From the NCBI RefSeq assembly GCF_009914755.1, contig NC_060947.1: DNA of 64,000 nt; one strand, 5' to 3'. Positions 13,284 through 26,905 of this stretch are shown piece by piece. How positions within the stretch are numbered: the stretch's first letter is position 1; every line of letters starts with the position of its first letter. The notes beneath the pieces were generated by a model. The model did no database searches. It was not told where the DNA came from and saw only the letters and a list, made by a program, of their open reading frames with translations. This DNA comes from the human T2T-CHM13v2.0 reference genome, Homo sapiens. A program made the position numbers and the translations under genes.

Positions 13284-13710
13284 TGTGATATACATGGACT
13301 TGCTGCACCCCTGCAGGGAGTGTGATCGGCACACAGGCTCCAGCTGTCACCTCCTTCGTGGTCCACCTCAATTGCAGAGCCAGTTGGTCTCAGGTAATGC
13401 CTACAAAGAGCAATGTGATGCAATATAATGACTTTCTCAAGGCTGTCATCATCTGATGACTGAGCAAAGTTGGTGAGGGGTGGTAAGTTAAAAGGCCTGG
13501 CCATTTCAGCCTGTCTGGGAGCAACTGTGAAGGGCAACATTTGTTCCAGAGTTCCTCATTAGGTTGGCCAAGGTTTTTCAGGACTACATTACATGTCGAC
13601 TCCTCCATCAACTCAATCATGCTTCCTTTCAAAGGTGTTGGTCCATAAACAATATCGTGTACTCTAAACTCCATCTCAGTGTCTGCTTCCAGAACATGCA
13701 GCATGTGGAA
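13284..13710 (+). mobile_element. LTR16-like LTR (5' LTR of an old ERVL provirus)
   Basis: 3' part ataaacaatatcgtgtactctaaactccatctcagtgtctgcttccagaac matches LTR16-family ends; followed by PBS-like aatagtgccaagaatgatc; homologous to 26515-26905. Confidence 0.7.
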
Positions 13711-15697
13711 AATAGTGCCAAGAATGATCAGCATTAGCAGGTAATAAGATTGGCCTTCGGAGATGGATCACTTACTGCCAGGCTGGCAGTGAGAAGCCCC
13801 TCACCAGTGACAGGTGGAACACAGACAGCTCCTGGCCCAAAGTGTTGGTCCAACTGTTAAAACTTTCACCAAAATTGGGAGAGTGGTCCCACAGGAAGGA
13901 AGGTACTGATGGGAAAAATGTATCAGACTTTTATGGAGGAAGTAGTAGACACTACTAAACCTCGGGAGTCTACAGATGTAGCTCATCTAGTAAGAGTTAG
14001 TTCTCCATACCATTGCAGGAAGACAATACAGAATTCTCTACCCAAAAGGCAACAGGTACCCACCTCAATATCTGCCTCACAACACTTCTCCTGGCAACTA
14101 AGCCTATGATTAGGGATAAAGTGAATCATAACCCAGCTGGAAAGGTGTTGGGCTTGATGAGGGAGGAAAGGAATTATACCCCAAAGAAGTTCTAAGAACC
14201 AGTCAGCATGTCCCAGCACATGCTCAGAGAGGAACACATGAGACTGGATTCTGAGGGTGTTTGATAAAAGGGATGTATATCATAAAATTGGATACAGAGT
14301 CTATGGACTTGTGAGTGTTCTCCAGAGGTACAGGATTTAACATCCTGGTGAGGACTCCAAGATATAGTGTGAACTTCTAATGGAACAACTCCTAAAAGCA
14401 GGGAAAAAGTGATGGCCCATACTGAATGAAGTTGAAATGCCAGAGCACATGGTGGAAAAAAAGATGTAAAGGCTCAGAGAAATAGGCATGGTAGAGTGAT
14501 CTACTTTGTACAGCTGAGAGAGACTCATCAGATGATTATGTTCCCCAGGATGGATCTGGATACACACAATACACCAAGGCCATAAAGAACGCTCTGATAA
14601 GAGAGGCACCAGCTTCACTTAAGAAGTTCAGTTATGTATCTGCTCTGCAGACTAGGGCTTACAGCAGGACAGTCAGTAAATAATTTAGCTTGCTGATAGT
14701 AATGTGTATGAGAAGATGCCAAAACTATAGAGGTCAAGTAGTGAAGCTTAAATGCCCAAAGCCACAAGGACACAATTGCCACAATGCCTGACAACGTTAG
14801 AGTGGCGGTCAATAGAGTCTGATCTATAAGAATGTTATGGAGATGGCTAACAGAATATAAGATCTTACAGGCAAAATAGATGAGCATGGAACAAGAAATT
14901 AAGACTGGATGACTGGGACAATAAAAGAAGCAACTCCAATAAAAATATGATTCCTGGCACAATTTCTAAACCTAAGCCAATTTTATGACCTGGATTAATG
15001 GGTTAAAGTGGCTGGATCCACAAGAGGAAGGTCTCTGCAAAATCATGGCAAGTATACACAATAATAGTTCCCTCAGTCCTTTCTCAAAGAGTATTACAGT
15101 CATTTACTCAGATATAGGTATGCTGGGGTGAAAGAATGCCTGAACATTTCAAGGACTCCTGGACCATGGGACTGAATCAACATTATTATCCAGAGATCAG
15201 AAGGGTCATTATCATCTCCCTGCTACAGTGAAAAAATAAAAGGGCTAGGTAATAATATAGATTCCTGGCCAGAGTCTAGCTTACAGTAGATCCACTAGAT
15301 TTGTGGACACACTTGATGATCATTCCCACCTTGTCCAAATGTATAAGACTGACATATTTAGCAGTTCAAGCAATGGCCATGTTGGATCCTTGGACTATGG
15401 AGCAAGAACCATCACAGTGAGGAAGGGCACATGGGAGCATCTGAAACTGCCTCTTAATCAAGATAGTAATTAAAAAACAATCTTGCATCCTGGAACAGGA
15501 AGGAACACGACAGAAATTCGTGCCACCCTTAAAAATCTAACAAATGCAAGTGTGGTGGTCCCCATCAAATCTCCATTGAGTTTACCAGTCTGGCCCTGCA
15601 GAAACCCAATGGTCCCTGAAGGGTAACTATAGACTACACCAAGTTTAACCAAGTAGTAGTTCTGAATCATAACCACTTTCCCAGATGTGGATCTTTT

Positions 15698-18600
15698 GTT
15701 TTGTTGATTTTTGATTTTGCTTTAATAATTTTGTTTATTCATTTGTTAATTTTTATTTAAAGTTTAGTGGGTACATAGCAGGTGTATATATTTATGAGTT
15801 CATGAGATGTTTTAATACAGGTATGCAAAGTGTAATAATCACATCATGTAAAATGGAGTATCCGTCCCCTCAGGTATTTATCCTGTGTTATAAACAATTC
15901 AATTATACTCTTTTAGTTATTTTTAAATATACAATTAAATTGTAATTGACTATAGTCACCCTGTTGTGCTGTCAAATAGTAGGTCTTATTCATTCTTCCA
16001 AACTACTTTTTGTACCCATTAATCATCTCCACCTCCCCCAACCCACCCACTACCCTTACCAGCCACTGGTAACCATCCTTCTGCTCTCTACCTTCACGAG
16101 TTCTATTGTTTTGATCTTTAGATCTCACAAATAAGTGAGAACATGCAATATTTGTCCTTCTGTGCCAGGCTTATTTCACTTAGCATAATGACCTCCAATT
16201 CTATCCATGTTTTTGCAAATGACAGAATCTCATTTTTTTTTATGGCTGAATAGTACTCCATTGTGTACATATACCACATTTTCTTTATCCATTCATCTGT
16301 TATGGACACTTAGGTTGCTTCCAAATCTTAGCTATTGTAAACAGTGCTGCAACAAATATGAGAGTGCAGATATCTCTTCCATATACTGATTTCTATTCTT
16401 TTGGGTATATGCCCAGCACTGGGATTGCTGGATAATATGGTAGCTCGATTTTTAGTTTTTCGAAAAACCTCCAAACTGTTCTCCATAGTAGTTGTACTAA
16501 TTTACATCTTCACTTTGTTGATTGTTTTCTTTGCTGTGCAGAAGCTTTTTAATTTGTTGTACTCCTATTTGTCCGTTTTGGTTTGGTTGCCTGTGCTTGT
16601 GGGGTAATATCCAAGAAGTTTTTGTCTAGACCAATGTCCTAGAGTTTCCCTGATATTTTCTTGTAGTAGTTTCATAGTGTGAGGCCTTAGATTTAAGTCT
16701 TTAACCCATTATACTTGATTTTTGCATATGGCAAGAGATAGGGGTCTAGTTTGATTCTTCTGCATATGGATATCCAGTTTTCCCAGCACCATTTATTGAA
16801 GAGATTCTCTTTTCCCCAATGTATGTTCTTGGCATCTTTGCCAAAAATGAGTTCACTAAAGGTATATGGATTTGTTTCTGGGTTCTCTATTCTGTTCCAT
16901 TGGTCTCTGTGTCGATGTTTATGCCAGTACCATGCTATTTAGTTACTATAGCTCTGTATTATAATTTGAAGTCAGGTAAGGTGTTTCCTCTAGCTTTGTT
17001 CTTTTTGCTTAGGATAGTTTTGGCTATTCTGGGTCTTTGGTGGTTCCATATGAATTTTAACATTGTTTTTCTATTTCTGTGAAGAATGTCTTTGGTATTT
17101 TGACAGGAATTGCATAAAATCTGTAGGTTGCTTTGGGTAGTGTGAACATTTGAACAATATTTATTCTTCCAATCTATGAACAGAATATATTTCCATTTTT
17201 GGTGTCCTCTTTACTTTTTTTATCAGTGTTTCATAATTTTCATCATAGAGGTCTTTCATTTCTTTGGTTAAGTTAATTCCTAGGTATGTAATTTTACGTG
17301 TGGCTATTGTAAATATGATTACTTTCTTGATTTCTTTTTCAGATTATTCACTATTGGCATATAGAAATGCTGCTGACTTTTGTATGTTGATTTTATATCC
17401 TGCTACTTTAGTGAATTTGTTTATAAGTTCTAATAGTTTTCCTGTGGAGTCTTTAGGTTTTTCCAAATAGCCATATCATCTACAAACAAAGATAATTTGG
17501 CTTCTTTCTTTCCAATTTTGATGCCATTCATTTGTTTCTCTTGCCTGATTGCTCTAGCTAGGATTTCCAGTACTATGTTGAATACCAGTAGCAAAGGTGG
17601 GCATCCTTGTCATGTGCCAGGTCTTAGAGAAAAGGCTTTCAGTTTTTTTCCCCTTCAGTATGTTACTAGCTGTGAGTCTGTTGTATATGGCTTGTATTAT
17701 GTTGAGGTATGTTCCTTCTACCCTCAGTTTTTAAGGGTTTTTATCATAAATGGATGTTGAATTTTATCAAATGTTTTTTCAGCATCAATCAAAATAATCA
17801 TGTTTTTTGTTCTTCATTCTGTTAATATAAAGTGTCACATTGATTGATTTGCATATGTTGAACCATTCTTGCATACTTAGGATAAATCCCACTTGGTCAT
17901 GATGAATGATCTTTTTAATGTATTGCTGAACTCAGTTTGCTAGTATTTTGTTGAGGATTTTTGCATCAATATTCATCAAGATACTGCCATGTAGTTTTTG
18001 GGTTTTGAGGTGTCTTTCTTTGGTTTTGGTATCAGGATAATACTGTCCTCGTAGAATGAGTTTGGAAGTATTCCCTCCTACTCCATTTTTTCAGAATACT
18101 TAGAATATGATTGGTTCTTCTTTAAATGTTTGGTAAAATTCAGCAGTGAAGCCATCTTTTCCAGGACTTTTCTTTGCTGGGAGACTTTTTATTATGGCTT
18201 CAATTTCATTATTTTTTATTGATAGGTTCAGATTTTAGATTTCTTCCCAGTTTAATCTTGGCAGGTTGTATGTCTCTAGGAATTTGTCCATTTCTTCTAG
18301 ATTTTCCAATTTGTTGGCATGTAGTTGTTCATAGTAGCAACTAATGATCCTTTGAATTTTTGTCATATCTGTTGTAATGTCTCCTTTTTCATCTCTAATT
18401 TCATCAATTTGGATCTTCTCTCCTTTTCTCAGTTTGGCTGAAGGTTTGTTGATTTTGTTTCACAATTTAAAACAACAATTTTTTGTTTCATTTCTCTTTT
18501 GTATTGTTTTTTGTTTCAGATTTATTTATTTCTGCTCTCATCTTTATTATATATTTTCTTCTACTAATTTTAAGTTTGGCTTGCTCTCGTTTTTCTAGTT

Positions 18601-21600
18601 CTTTAAGATGCATTATTAGATCATTCATTTGAAGTTTTTCCTCTTTTTTGATGTAGGGACTTATAGCTTTAAACTTCCCTCTGAGTACTGCATTTGCTGT
18701 ATCCCATAGGTTTTGATACACTGTGTTTCCATTATCATTTGTATCTAGACATTTTTCATTTTCCTGCTTAATTTCTTCATTGACCCACTGGTCACTCCGG
18801 AGCATATTGTTTAATTTCCATGCATTTGTATAGTTTCCAAAATCCCTCTTGTTATTGGTTTCCAGTTTTATTCCACTGTGGTAAGAGAAGATGCTTGATA
18901 TTAGTTCAATTTTTTGAATGTTTTAAGACCTATTTTGTGACAACCTATGGTCTGTCCTTGAGAATAATCCATGTGTTGAGGAGGAGAATGTGTATTCGGC
19001 AGCTGTTGGATGAAATGTTCTTTAAATATTTATTAGGTCCATTTAGTCTATAGTGCAGACTAAGTCCAATGTTTCTTTGTTGATTTTGTGTCTGGAAGAA
19101 CTGTTCAGTGCTTAAAGTGGGATACTGAAATCTCCAGCTCTTATTGTATTGGGTGTCCTATCTCTCTCTTTAGCTCTAATAATAGTTCCTTCACATATCT
19201 GGGTGCTCTAGTGTTGTGTGCATATATACTTACAATTCTACATCCTCTTGCTGAATTGACCCCTTTATCATTTTATAGTGACCTTCTTTGTCTCTTCTTA
19301 CAGTTTTTGTCTTGAAATCTATTTTGTCTAATATAAATGTAGCTACTCCTGCTCTTTTTAGTTTTCCGTCCTCATGGAATATCTTTTTCCATCCCTTTAT
19401 TTTCTATCTATTGGTGTCTTTATAGGTGAAGTGTTTCTTGTGAGTAACAAATCAATGAGTCTTGTTTTTTCATCCATTCAGCAAGTCTTTGTCTTTCAAT
19501 TGGAGAGTTTCAACAATCTACATTCAATGTTATTAATGATAAGTAAGGACTTACTTCTGTCATTTTGTTATTTGTTTTCTGGTTTTGTGGTCTTCTTTTC
19601 TTTCTTTCCTTCCTGTCTCCTTTTTAGTGAACGTGATTTTCTCTGGGGATGTGGTTTTGTTTCTTGATTTTTATTTTTTGTGTATTCATTGTATGATTTT
19701 TGGTTTGAGATTACTATGATGCTTGCAAATACTATCTTGTAATCTATTATTTTAAGCTGATAACTTAACCCTGTTTGCATAAACAAGCAAAAAGAAAGCT
19801 CACAAAGACTCTGTCACTTAACTTTGACCCCCTACTTTTTCACTTTTTGTTGTTTCTATTTATATGTTATTATACTGTCTATGTCTGCAAACGTTATTGT
19901 GTTTATTATTTTTGGCTGGCTCATAATTTAGTCTTTCTACTTAATAGTAGTTTACACAACACAGTTACAGTGGTATAGTAATCTGTGTTTTTCTGTGTAT
20001 TTACTATTAGCAGTGAGTTTCATACCTTCAGGTGACTTCTTATTGCTCATTAACATCTTTCTCTTTCTGATTGAAGTATTCCCTTTAGCATTTCTTGTAG
20101 GACAGGTCTGGTATTAATGAAATCCCCCAGCTTTTGTTTGTCTGGGAAAGTTTTTATTTCTTCTTCATGTTTGAGGACATTTTCACCAGATACACTATTC
20201 TAGGGTAAAAGTTCTTTTTCCTTCAGCACTTTATATCATGCTACTCTCTCCTGGCCTATAAGGTTTCCACTGAAAAGTCTGCTTCCAGATGTAGTGGAGC
20301 TCCATTGTATGTTATTTGTTTCTTTTCTCTTACTGCTTTTAGGATTCCTTCTTTATCCTTAACCTTTGAGAGTACTACTCCCAAAGTTCTACTTTCTACT
20401 CCTATCTCTTTCTCCACCTCCTCTTTAAGGCCAATAACTCTTAGATGTACCCTTTTGAGGCTGTTTTCTAAATCCTGTAGGAGTGTGTCATTGTTTTTTA
20501 TTATTTTTTCTTTTGTCGCTTGTGTATTTTCAAATAGCCTAACTTCAAGCTAATTCTTCTGCTTAATCAATTCTGCTATTAAAAGACTCTGATGCATTCT
20601 TCATTATAGCAATTACATTTTTCAGCTTCAGAATTTCTGCTTGAATCTCTTTGTTAAATTTATCTGATAGAATTTTTAATTCCTTCTCTGTGTTCTCTTG
20701 AATTTTTTTGAGTTTGCTAAACACAACTGTTTTGAATTCTCAGTCTGAAGGGTCATATTTCTGTTTCTCCAGAATTTCTCCCTGGCTTCTTATTTAGTTT
20801 ATTTTGTGAGGTCAAATTTTACTGGATTGTGTTGATCCTTGTAGATGTTCTTTGGTGTATGAGCATTGATGAGTTAGGTATTCATTGTAGTGTTCTCAGT
20901 CTTATTTGTAGTTGTCCTTCTTGGGAAGACTTTCCAGATATTCAAAAGGACTTGGGTGTTGCGATTAAGCTGTATCTGCTTTAGGGGGCACCCCAGCCCA
21001 GTAATGCTGTGGTTCTTAGAGGCTTCTTGAGGTACTGCCTTGATGGTCTTGGACAAGTTCCAGAATAATTACCTGGATTACTAGGCAGAGACTCTTGTTC
21101 TCTTCCAGTACTTTCTTCCAAAGGAACAGAGTCTCTCTCTCTCTCTCTCTCTTTCTGTTCTGAGCTACCTGGAGCTGGAGGTGGTGTGACACAAGAACCC
21201 CTGTGGCCACCACCACTAGGACAGCACTGGGCCAGACCTGAAACCAGCACAGCACTGGGTCTTGCCCAAGGCCTACTGTAATGAATCCCTGGCTATGGCT
21301 TATGTTCACTCAAAGCCCTGAGGCTCTACAATCAACAGGTGGCAAAGCCAGCCAGGCCTGTGTCCTTCCCTTCAGAGTGATGATTTCCTCCAGGCCCTGA
21401 ACTTGTCCAGGGTTGCTGTCCAGAAACCAGGGACTAGAGTCAAAAACCTTACAAGTCTACCTGGTGTTCTATTGTACTGCTGCTGAGCTGACACTGAAAC
21501 CACAACACACAGTCCTTCCCATTCTTCTCTTACTTTTCCAAGGGAAGAGAAGCCCCACCCCATGGCCACCAGTACCACAAGCCTATAGGGAGTACTGCCA

Positions 21601-22874
21601 GACTAACCCCAATGTTCCCTTAAGGCCCAAGATCTCCTAAGTCAGATTCTGGTGAAAGTTGCCTGGCCTGGGACCCAACCTTCAAAGCTGAAGTCTCCCC
21701 TCTGGCACAGGGCAGCCCCAGAAATTCTGTCCAAGAACCAAGTCCTAGAACTGGGAGCCCCAAAAGCCTGCTTGGTGCTCTTATAGCCCTGTGGCCAAGC
21801 TGGTACCTAAGGTGCAAGACAAAGTCCGCTTTGCTTTTCCCTCTGCTTTTCTCAAGCAGAAGGAGTCTTGCTCCATAGCCACCATAGCTGGGAATGTGCT
21901 GAGTCTCACCTGAAGCCAGCAAGTCTCAGAGGCTCACCCAAGGCCCTCAACATAATACCTGGGTATTACTGCTTCTTATTCTGGATCCAAGGGCTCTTCA
22001 GTTAGCAGATGATGAATCCTGCCAGGACTGAGTCCTTCCCTTCAAGGTAACAGGTTCCCTTCTGGACCAGAGTGTGTCTAGAAATGTTGTCCTGGAGCTA
22101 GGGCCTGGAAAGGGGGCCTCACAACTCTAACCAGTGCCCTAGTTTGCTGTGGCTGAGCTAGTATCCAAGATGCAAGACAAAATCTTACCCACTCTTCCCT
22201 CTCTTACCTTCAAGCGGATGGAAGGAGTCTCTTTTGGAGCTGCAAGCTGTGTAGCCTGGGGTTAGGGGAAAAGTAATGACAGCACTTCCTTTGCTGCACT
22301 GGCTGGTGTCTTAGTATGTTGCATGCCCCTCAGTCCAAAACACTAGAACTCACCTAGGAGTCGCAGTCCTTGTGGCCTAGACTGCCTTTCAACTTTATTT
22401 GGGACCCCAGAACACTTTAGCCTGCAGTGACAAGGGTTGCAGGAACTCAAGTTTGGATGGCTGGGATTGGTGAGTCCCCTTCGGCTAGGGCTGGTTTAAA
22501 TGCTCCCTTCATGGGTAGTCATCAGCTGAGTTTGGTCTGGTTTTGTTTTCTGTTATAATAAGGCAGCACTGATTTCAATGCCTCACAAATGCTGCGATCG
22601 CCCCCTCCTCACCACAACAAAACTCTCCACACGATGCTGCCACTGCCAAAGGATGGGAGATTGGTGGCATTGGTAATTCAAGACTATTTTTCCTACCTCT
22701 TAATGCCTCTTTCAGTAATATGAGATTAAAACCAGGTACTATGAGTGTTCACCTGATGTTTGGTTCTTATAAAGGTGCTTTTTGTGTGTGTAGATGGCTG
22801 TTAAATTGGTGTCCTAGGTTGTGGGGGTATGATCAGTGAAACCTTATATTCTGCCATCTTGCTCCTCCCAACCT
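15698..22874 (-). mobile_element. Near-full-length L1MA (L1MA1-3-like) with 5' UTR and internal deletions
   Basis: T-rich tail at ~15698-15760; L1MA 3' UTR; ORF2 remnants (ORFs 16118-16309 and 18488-18805, minus); 5' end reads GGGAGGAGCAAGATGGCAGAATA on the minus strand; 14-bp TSD GATGTGGATCTTTT at 15684-15697 and 22875-22888. Confidence 0.92.
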
Positions 22875-23005
22875 GATGTGGATCTTTTTTAGAACAGATT
22901 TACATGGCTTCAGTACACAGGTTGTAGCTGTTGATTTGACAAATACATTCTTTCCCAATCAGAAAAGAGGATCACAATAATCTTGAATTCACATGGAAAT
23001 GTCAA

Positions 23006-23007
<2 letters not shown>

Positions 23008-23056
<49 letters not shown>
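23008..23056. repeat. (TG)n microsatellite, ~24 units
   Basis: Direct reading. Confidence 0.97.
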
Positions 23057-23057
<1 letters not shown>

Positions 23058-24530
23058 TTTTGATGCAGGGCAGGGCTAGTTAACTCTCTTGCTATTTGTC
23101 ATAACATAGCACAAAAAAAGTCTAGACCATTTGGGCATCCCATAGAATACTGTGCTGATTTATTATGTCAGTAATATTACATTAATTAGGATGGACGAGG
23201 AAGAGATACCAAGTGTGTTGGAGGCCTTGGTAAAACACATATGCTCCAGAGGGTGAGAGATAAACTCAATGAAGAGTCAAGGCCTGCTACATCTGTAAAA
23301 CTGTTTAGAGGTCCAGTGGTAAGGAGCATGTTTGGACATCCCCTCCAAAGTAAAAGACAAATTGTTCTATCTTGCACCTGCAGCCACGAAGAAAATAAAA
23401 CATATAACAGATCTCTTCAGGTTTTAGGGCACCATATTCCACACCTAGGAATATATCTCCAGTTCATATGTTAGGTGATATGAAAATCTACCACCTTTGA
23501 GAGGGAGGCTTAGAGTAAGGAAAGCATTTTGCAACTATTAGTGAAAGCAGTACTGCCTCTTGGGTCATAAGATTCAGCAGATCTATGGTGTTGGAGGTAT
23601 CAGTGGTGAGAAACAATGCCATGGACAGGTTCTAGCAAGCCCCAGTGGGAAAATTACAAAACAAGCCACTGAGATTCTGGAGCAAGCCCATTGGCCACGG
23701 TAGTGTAGATCTTTAAACTTTAAAACAAACAAACAAAAACCTCATGGTGTGCTACTGGGCCCTGGTAGAGAAAGGATGTCTGAATATTAAATGCCAAGAG
23801 ACTAAGAGCCTAGAATTTCTCCTATGGGCTGGGTTCTGTCAGATATACCAAGTTACAAGATTAGGTGGGCCTACCAACGATTCATCCGAAGAAGGAAGAG
23901 GTATGCTTTTGATTAAGCATGAGTAGGGCTGGTGTACCAGTGTGATGCATGAGCAGGTAGCACTGATCCCAATGGCATCTGCCACTGTTGCCCCAGACCT
24001 CTTAGCTGCCATTTATGATTGTATCACCACCTGAGAGAGGAGGAAAAAACCTGAGCACATCCATATGTGAGTGTATGTGGGTGCTAGCCAAAAATGGGCA
24101 ACACCTGTGATACAGCCTCGCTCAATGATGGCCTTGAAAGACATTGGCAAGGAAAAACACTTTGGTTTTGGACAGAGTTTTGGACCATGTACCTGGCTGT
24201 CCACTTTCTATGGAAGAAGAAATAGTAGATGGTCAGGCCGTCTACTTAGTTAGAGGCCTGGAAAGAGAAAGACTGGCATATAGGGGACAAGGAGACAGAA
24301 GCATATGAATGGGTACATGGGAGTGAGGACAAAGTGTGAAGATATTTGTATCACACATTAATATCCACCAGACCACCAGAAAGCATCTACCATGGAAGAG
24401 GCACCGAAGAACCAAGTTGACAAAATGACTGAGCCAGTTGACCTTAGTCAGCCTTCAGTATCAGACATTCCCCAAACTGGCACAATGAGCACATGAATGG
24501 AGTAGACATGGTGACAGAGATGAAGGTTGC

Positions 24531-24892
24531 TGATATGGTTTGGCTGTGTCCCTACCTAAATCTCATCTTGAATTGTAGCTCCCATAATTCCTATGTGTCG
24601 TGGGAGGGACCTGGTGGGAGGTAATTGAATCATGGGGTGGGTCTTTCCCATGCTGTTCTTGTGATAGTGAATAAGTCTCATGAGATCTGATGGTTTATAA
24701 AAGGGAGTTCCCCTGCACATATTCTCTTGCCTGCCATCATGTAAGATGTCCTCTTGCTTCTCCTTTGCCCTCTGCCATGATTGTGAGGCCTCCCCAGCCA
24801 TGTGGAACAGTGACTCCATTAAACCTCTTTCCTTTATAAATTACCCAGTTTTGGGTGTGTCTTTTTTAGCAGCATGAGAACAGACTAATACC
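24531..24892 (+). mobile_element. THE1 (THE1B/C-like) MaLR solo LTR
   Basis: TGATATGGTTTGGCTGTGTCCC...CAGACTAATAC; TSD GTTGC (24526-24530) / GTTAC (24893-24897). Confidence 0.93.
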
Positions 24893-25498
24893 GTTACACA
24901 TGGGCCCAACAGCATAGACTCCCACTTAAGAAGGTTGATCTAACTCTTGCTGCCTCCTAATATTCAATTTATCAGCAACAGAGACAAACACTGAGCCCCT
25001 ACTATGGCACTATTTCTTAAAGAGTTCTATTGGCCAATTGGTGGCAAGTTAACTGTAGTAAGCCCTCATTACCTGGGAAAATCAGTGGTTTATTCTTACA
25101 AGAATAGTATGAGTTCACCTTTCCTGTCCACAGGACCACAGTTAGCACTACCCTCTAAGGGCTTTGGAGTATTTGATTCATCAACATGAGGTTTCACACA
25201 ACATCCTATTAGACCAGGAGACCCACTTTACAGCACAATATGTGTGGGAGTGGGACAATGACCATAGGATCCACTGGTTGTATAACATCCACAACCTGCT
25301 GACCTAACAGCATTGGAATAACCTGCAGAAGGCACAGCTAAAGCACCAGCTCAGGGCAACATTTAGTGAGGAGTGGGAAACTTCCTTCAGGATGCCATAG
25401 ATTGAACGGAATCAGAGGCTTCTATTTGGTGCTGTGACCCCAACAGAAAGAATACACAAGTCTGGGAACCAAGAAGTAGAAGCAAATGTGACCCCACT

Positions 25499-25895
25499 TA
25501 TTATGGAATAAATAGTGTCCCTCCACAATTCATATGTGGAATTCCTAATCCACAGTACATTGGATGTGACCATATTTGGAGATACAATCTTTACAAAAGC
25601 AATTGGCCATAATTTAATATGACTGGTAGCTTTGTAAGAAGAGGAAATTTGGATACAGATACACACAGAGGAATAATGATGTAAAGACACAGAGAGAAGA
25701 TGGCCATCTACCAAGGAGAGCAGCCTGGAGCAGATCCTTCCCTCACTGCCCTCAGAAGGAACCAACCTGCTGACTAAGGCTTCTAGCCTTGATCTAAGAC
25801 TTTCAGCCTCCAGAACTGTTAAAAAAATAAATTCATGTTCTTTGACTCACCCAGTCTATTGTACTTTGTTACAGAAGCCCTAGCAATCTAAGATA
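25499..25895 (+). mobile_element. MLT1 (MLT1B-like) MaLR solo LTR
   Basis: tattatgg...tgtccctccacaattcatatgtgga...gaagatggccatcta...ctcagaaggaaccaac...tttgttacagaagccctagcaatctaagata; perfect TSD CCACT at 25494-25498 and 25896-25900. Confidence 0.88.
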
Positions 25896-26514
25896 CCACT
25901 TATCACTCACAAGACCCAGTGGAGGACTTCGCGTTTCCATCCCTGAAAGTCTGGGCTCTGCTGGGTTAGAGGCTTTGATTCCCCAGATGGGAACACCTTC
26001 TCCAGGGGACAGAACAAGAGTTGAATTATAAGCTACAGCTTCCACCTGGGCACTTTGGACTTCTTACTTCCAGAAACAGGTAGGAAGTGTAATTGCCTTG
26101 ACAGAGGCACTTGACCCTGGTTATCAGGAAGAAATAGGGCTACTGTCAAACAGCAGCATAGAACCCAAGTAATCTACTGTGACATCTCTTGGTGGTCCCT
26201 TGCCCATTTGTGACTATAAATGAACAGATAGGGCAACCTCTGCTTGAGAAGGTGTCAAACCCCTCAGGGATGAGGGTCACAGAGATGGTGACTGAGAGTG
26301 GGGAGACTCTAGACTGGATAGTGGAGGAGGGAAATGGCATCAATTGTGGTCCTGAAACCAACTGTCATAGCAGAAGCTATCATTTGTCCAGTTAACTTCC
26401 TTCACCTGCCTTTTTTAAGGTTCCCCTCAGGAAGAGAGGCCCACTGACTCCACTGGTTCCTAGGAGACCCGTGTCTTGTATTTGTCTGAAGTGAATCCAC
26501 ATGGCACAGCGGAC

Positions 26515-26905
26515 AGGCCGATAGACAGGGGAGTGTGCTAACCCAGATACCTCTCCAAGGAAGGACATGCCTAGATTTATGAAGTACAGTCAGCAGACAG
26601 ACTCAGCTGCAGAGGGCTGCCTCATGCGATGTGACACTCTTCCCATATCTGGGGACTGAGAGAGAGGTTGGGCATAATAGCTGGTCATTCCAGCTTGTTG
26701 CTGGGCAACTCTAACAGGCAAGACTCTCTCCAGAGCTCCTTGCCAAATTAGTTGCAACTCTGTTGAGCCTCACGTGTAGTTCAACTTCTTCCTCTCCATT
26801 GTGCTGCTTTGCCCCCCATTCCTTTTATAAGCATTGATCCATAATAGACACCTTGCACCCAAAAGTCCATTTCAATGTCTACTTCCACAGAACCAGCCTG
26901 TGACA
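26515..26905 (+). mobile_element. LTR16-like LTR (3' LTR of the old ERVL provirus)
   Basis: Ends ttccacagaaccagcctgtgaca; shares blocks with 13284-13710 (ggccatttcagcct / ggtcattccagctt; ttccagagttcctc / ctccagagctcctt). Confidence 0.72.

Larger units (their letters stand above)
13711..26514 (+). mobile_element. HERV16/ERVL-type internal region, highly decayed and interrupted by L1MA, THE1 and MLT1 insertions
   Basis: Degenerate, collinear similarity to the HERV-L in this window: gag (gatggcccatactgaatgaagttgaaatgccaga), pro ~15100-15400, RT start 15420-15697 resuming at 22875, RNaseH/IN ~23900-25480, dUTPase-like ~25950-26200. Confidence 0.8.
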
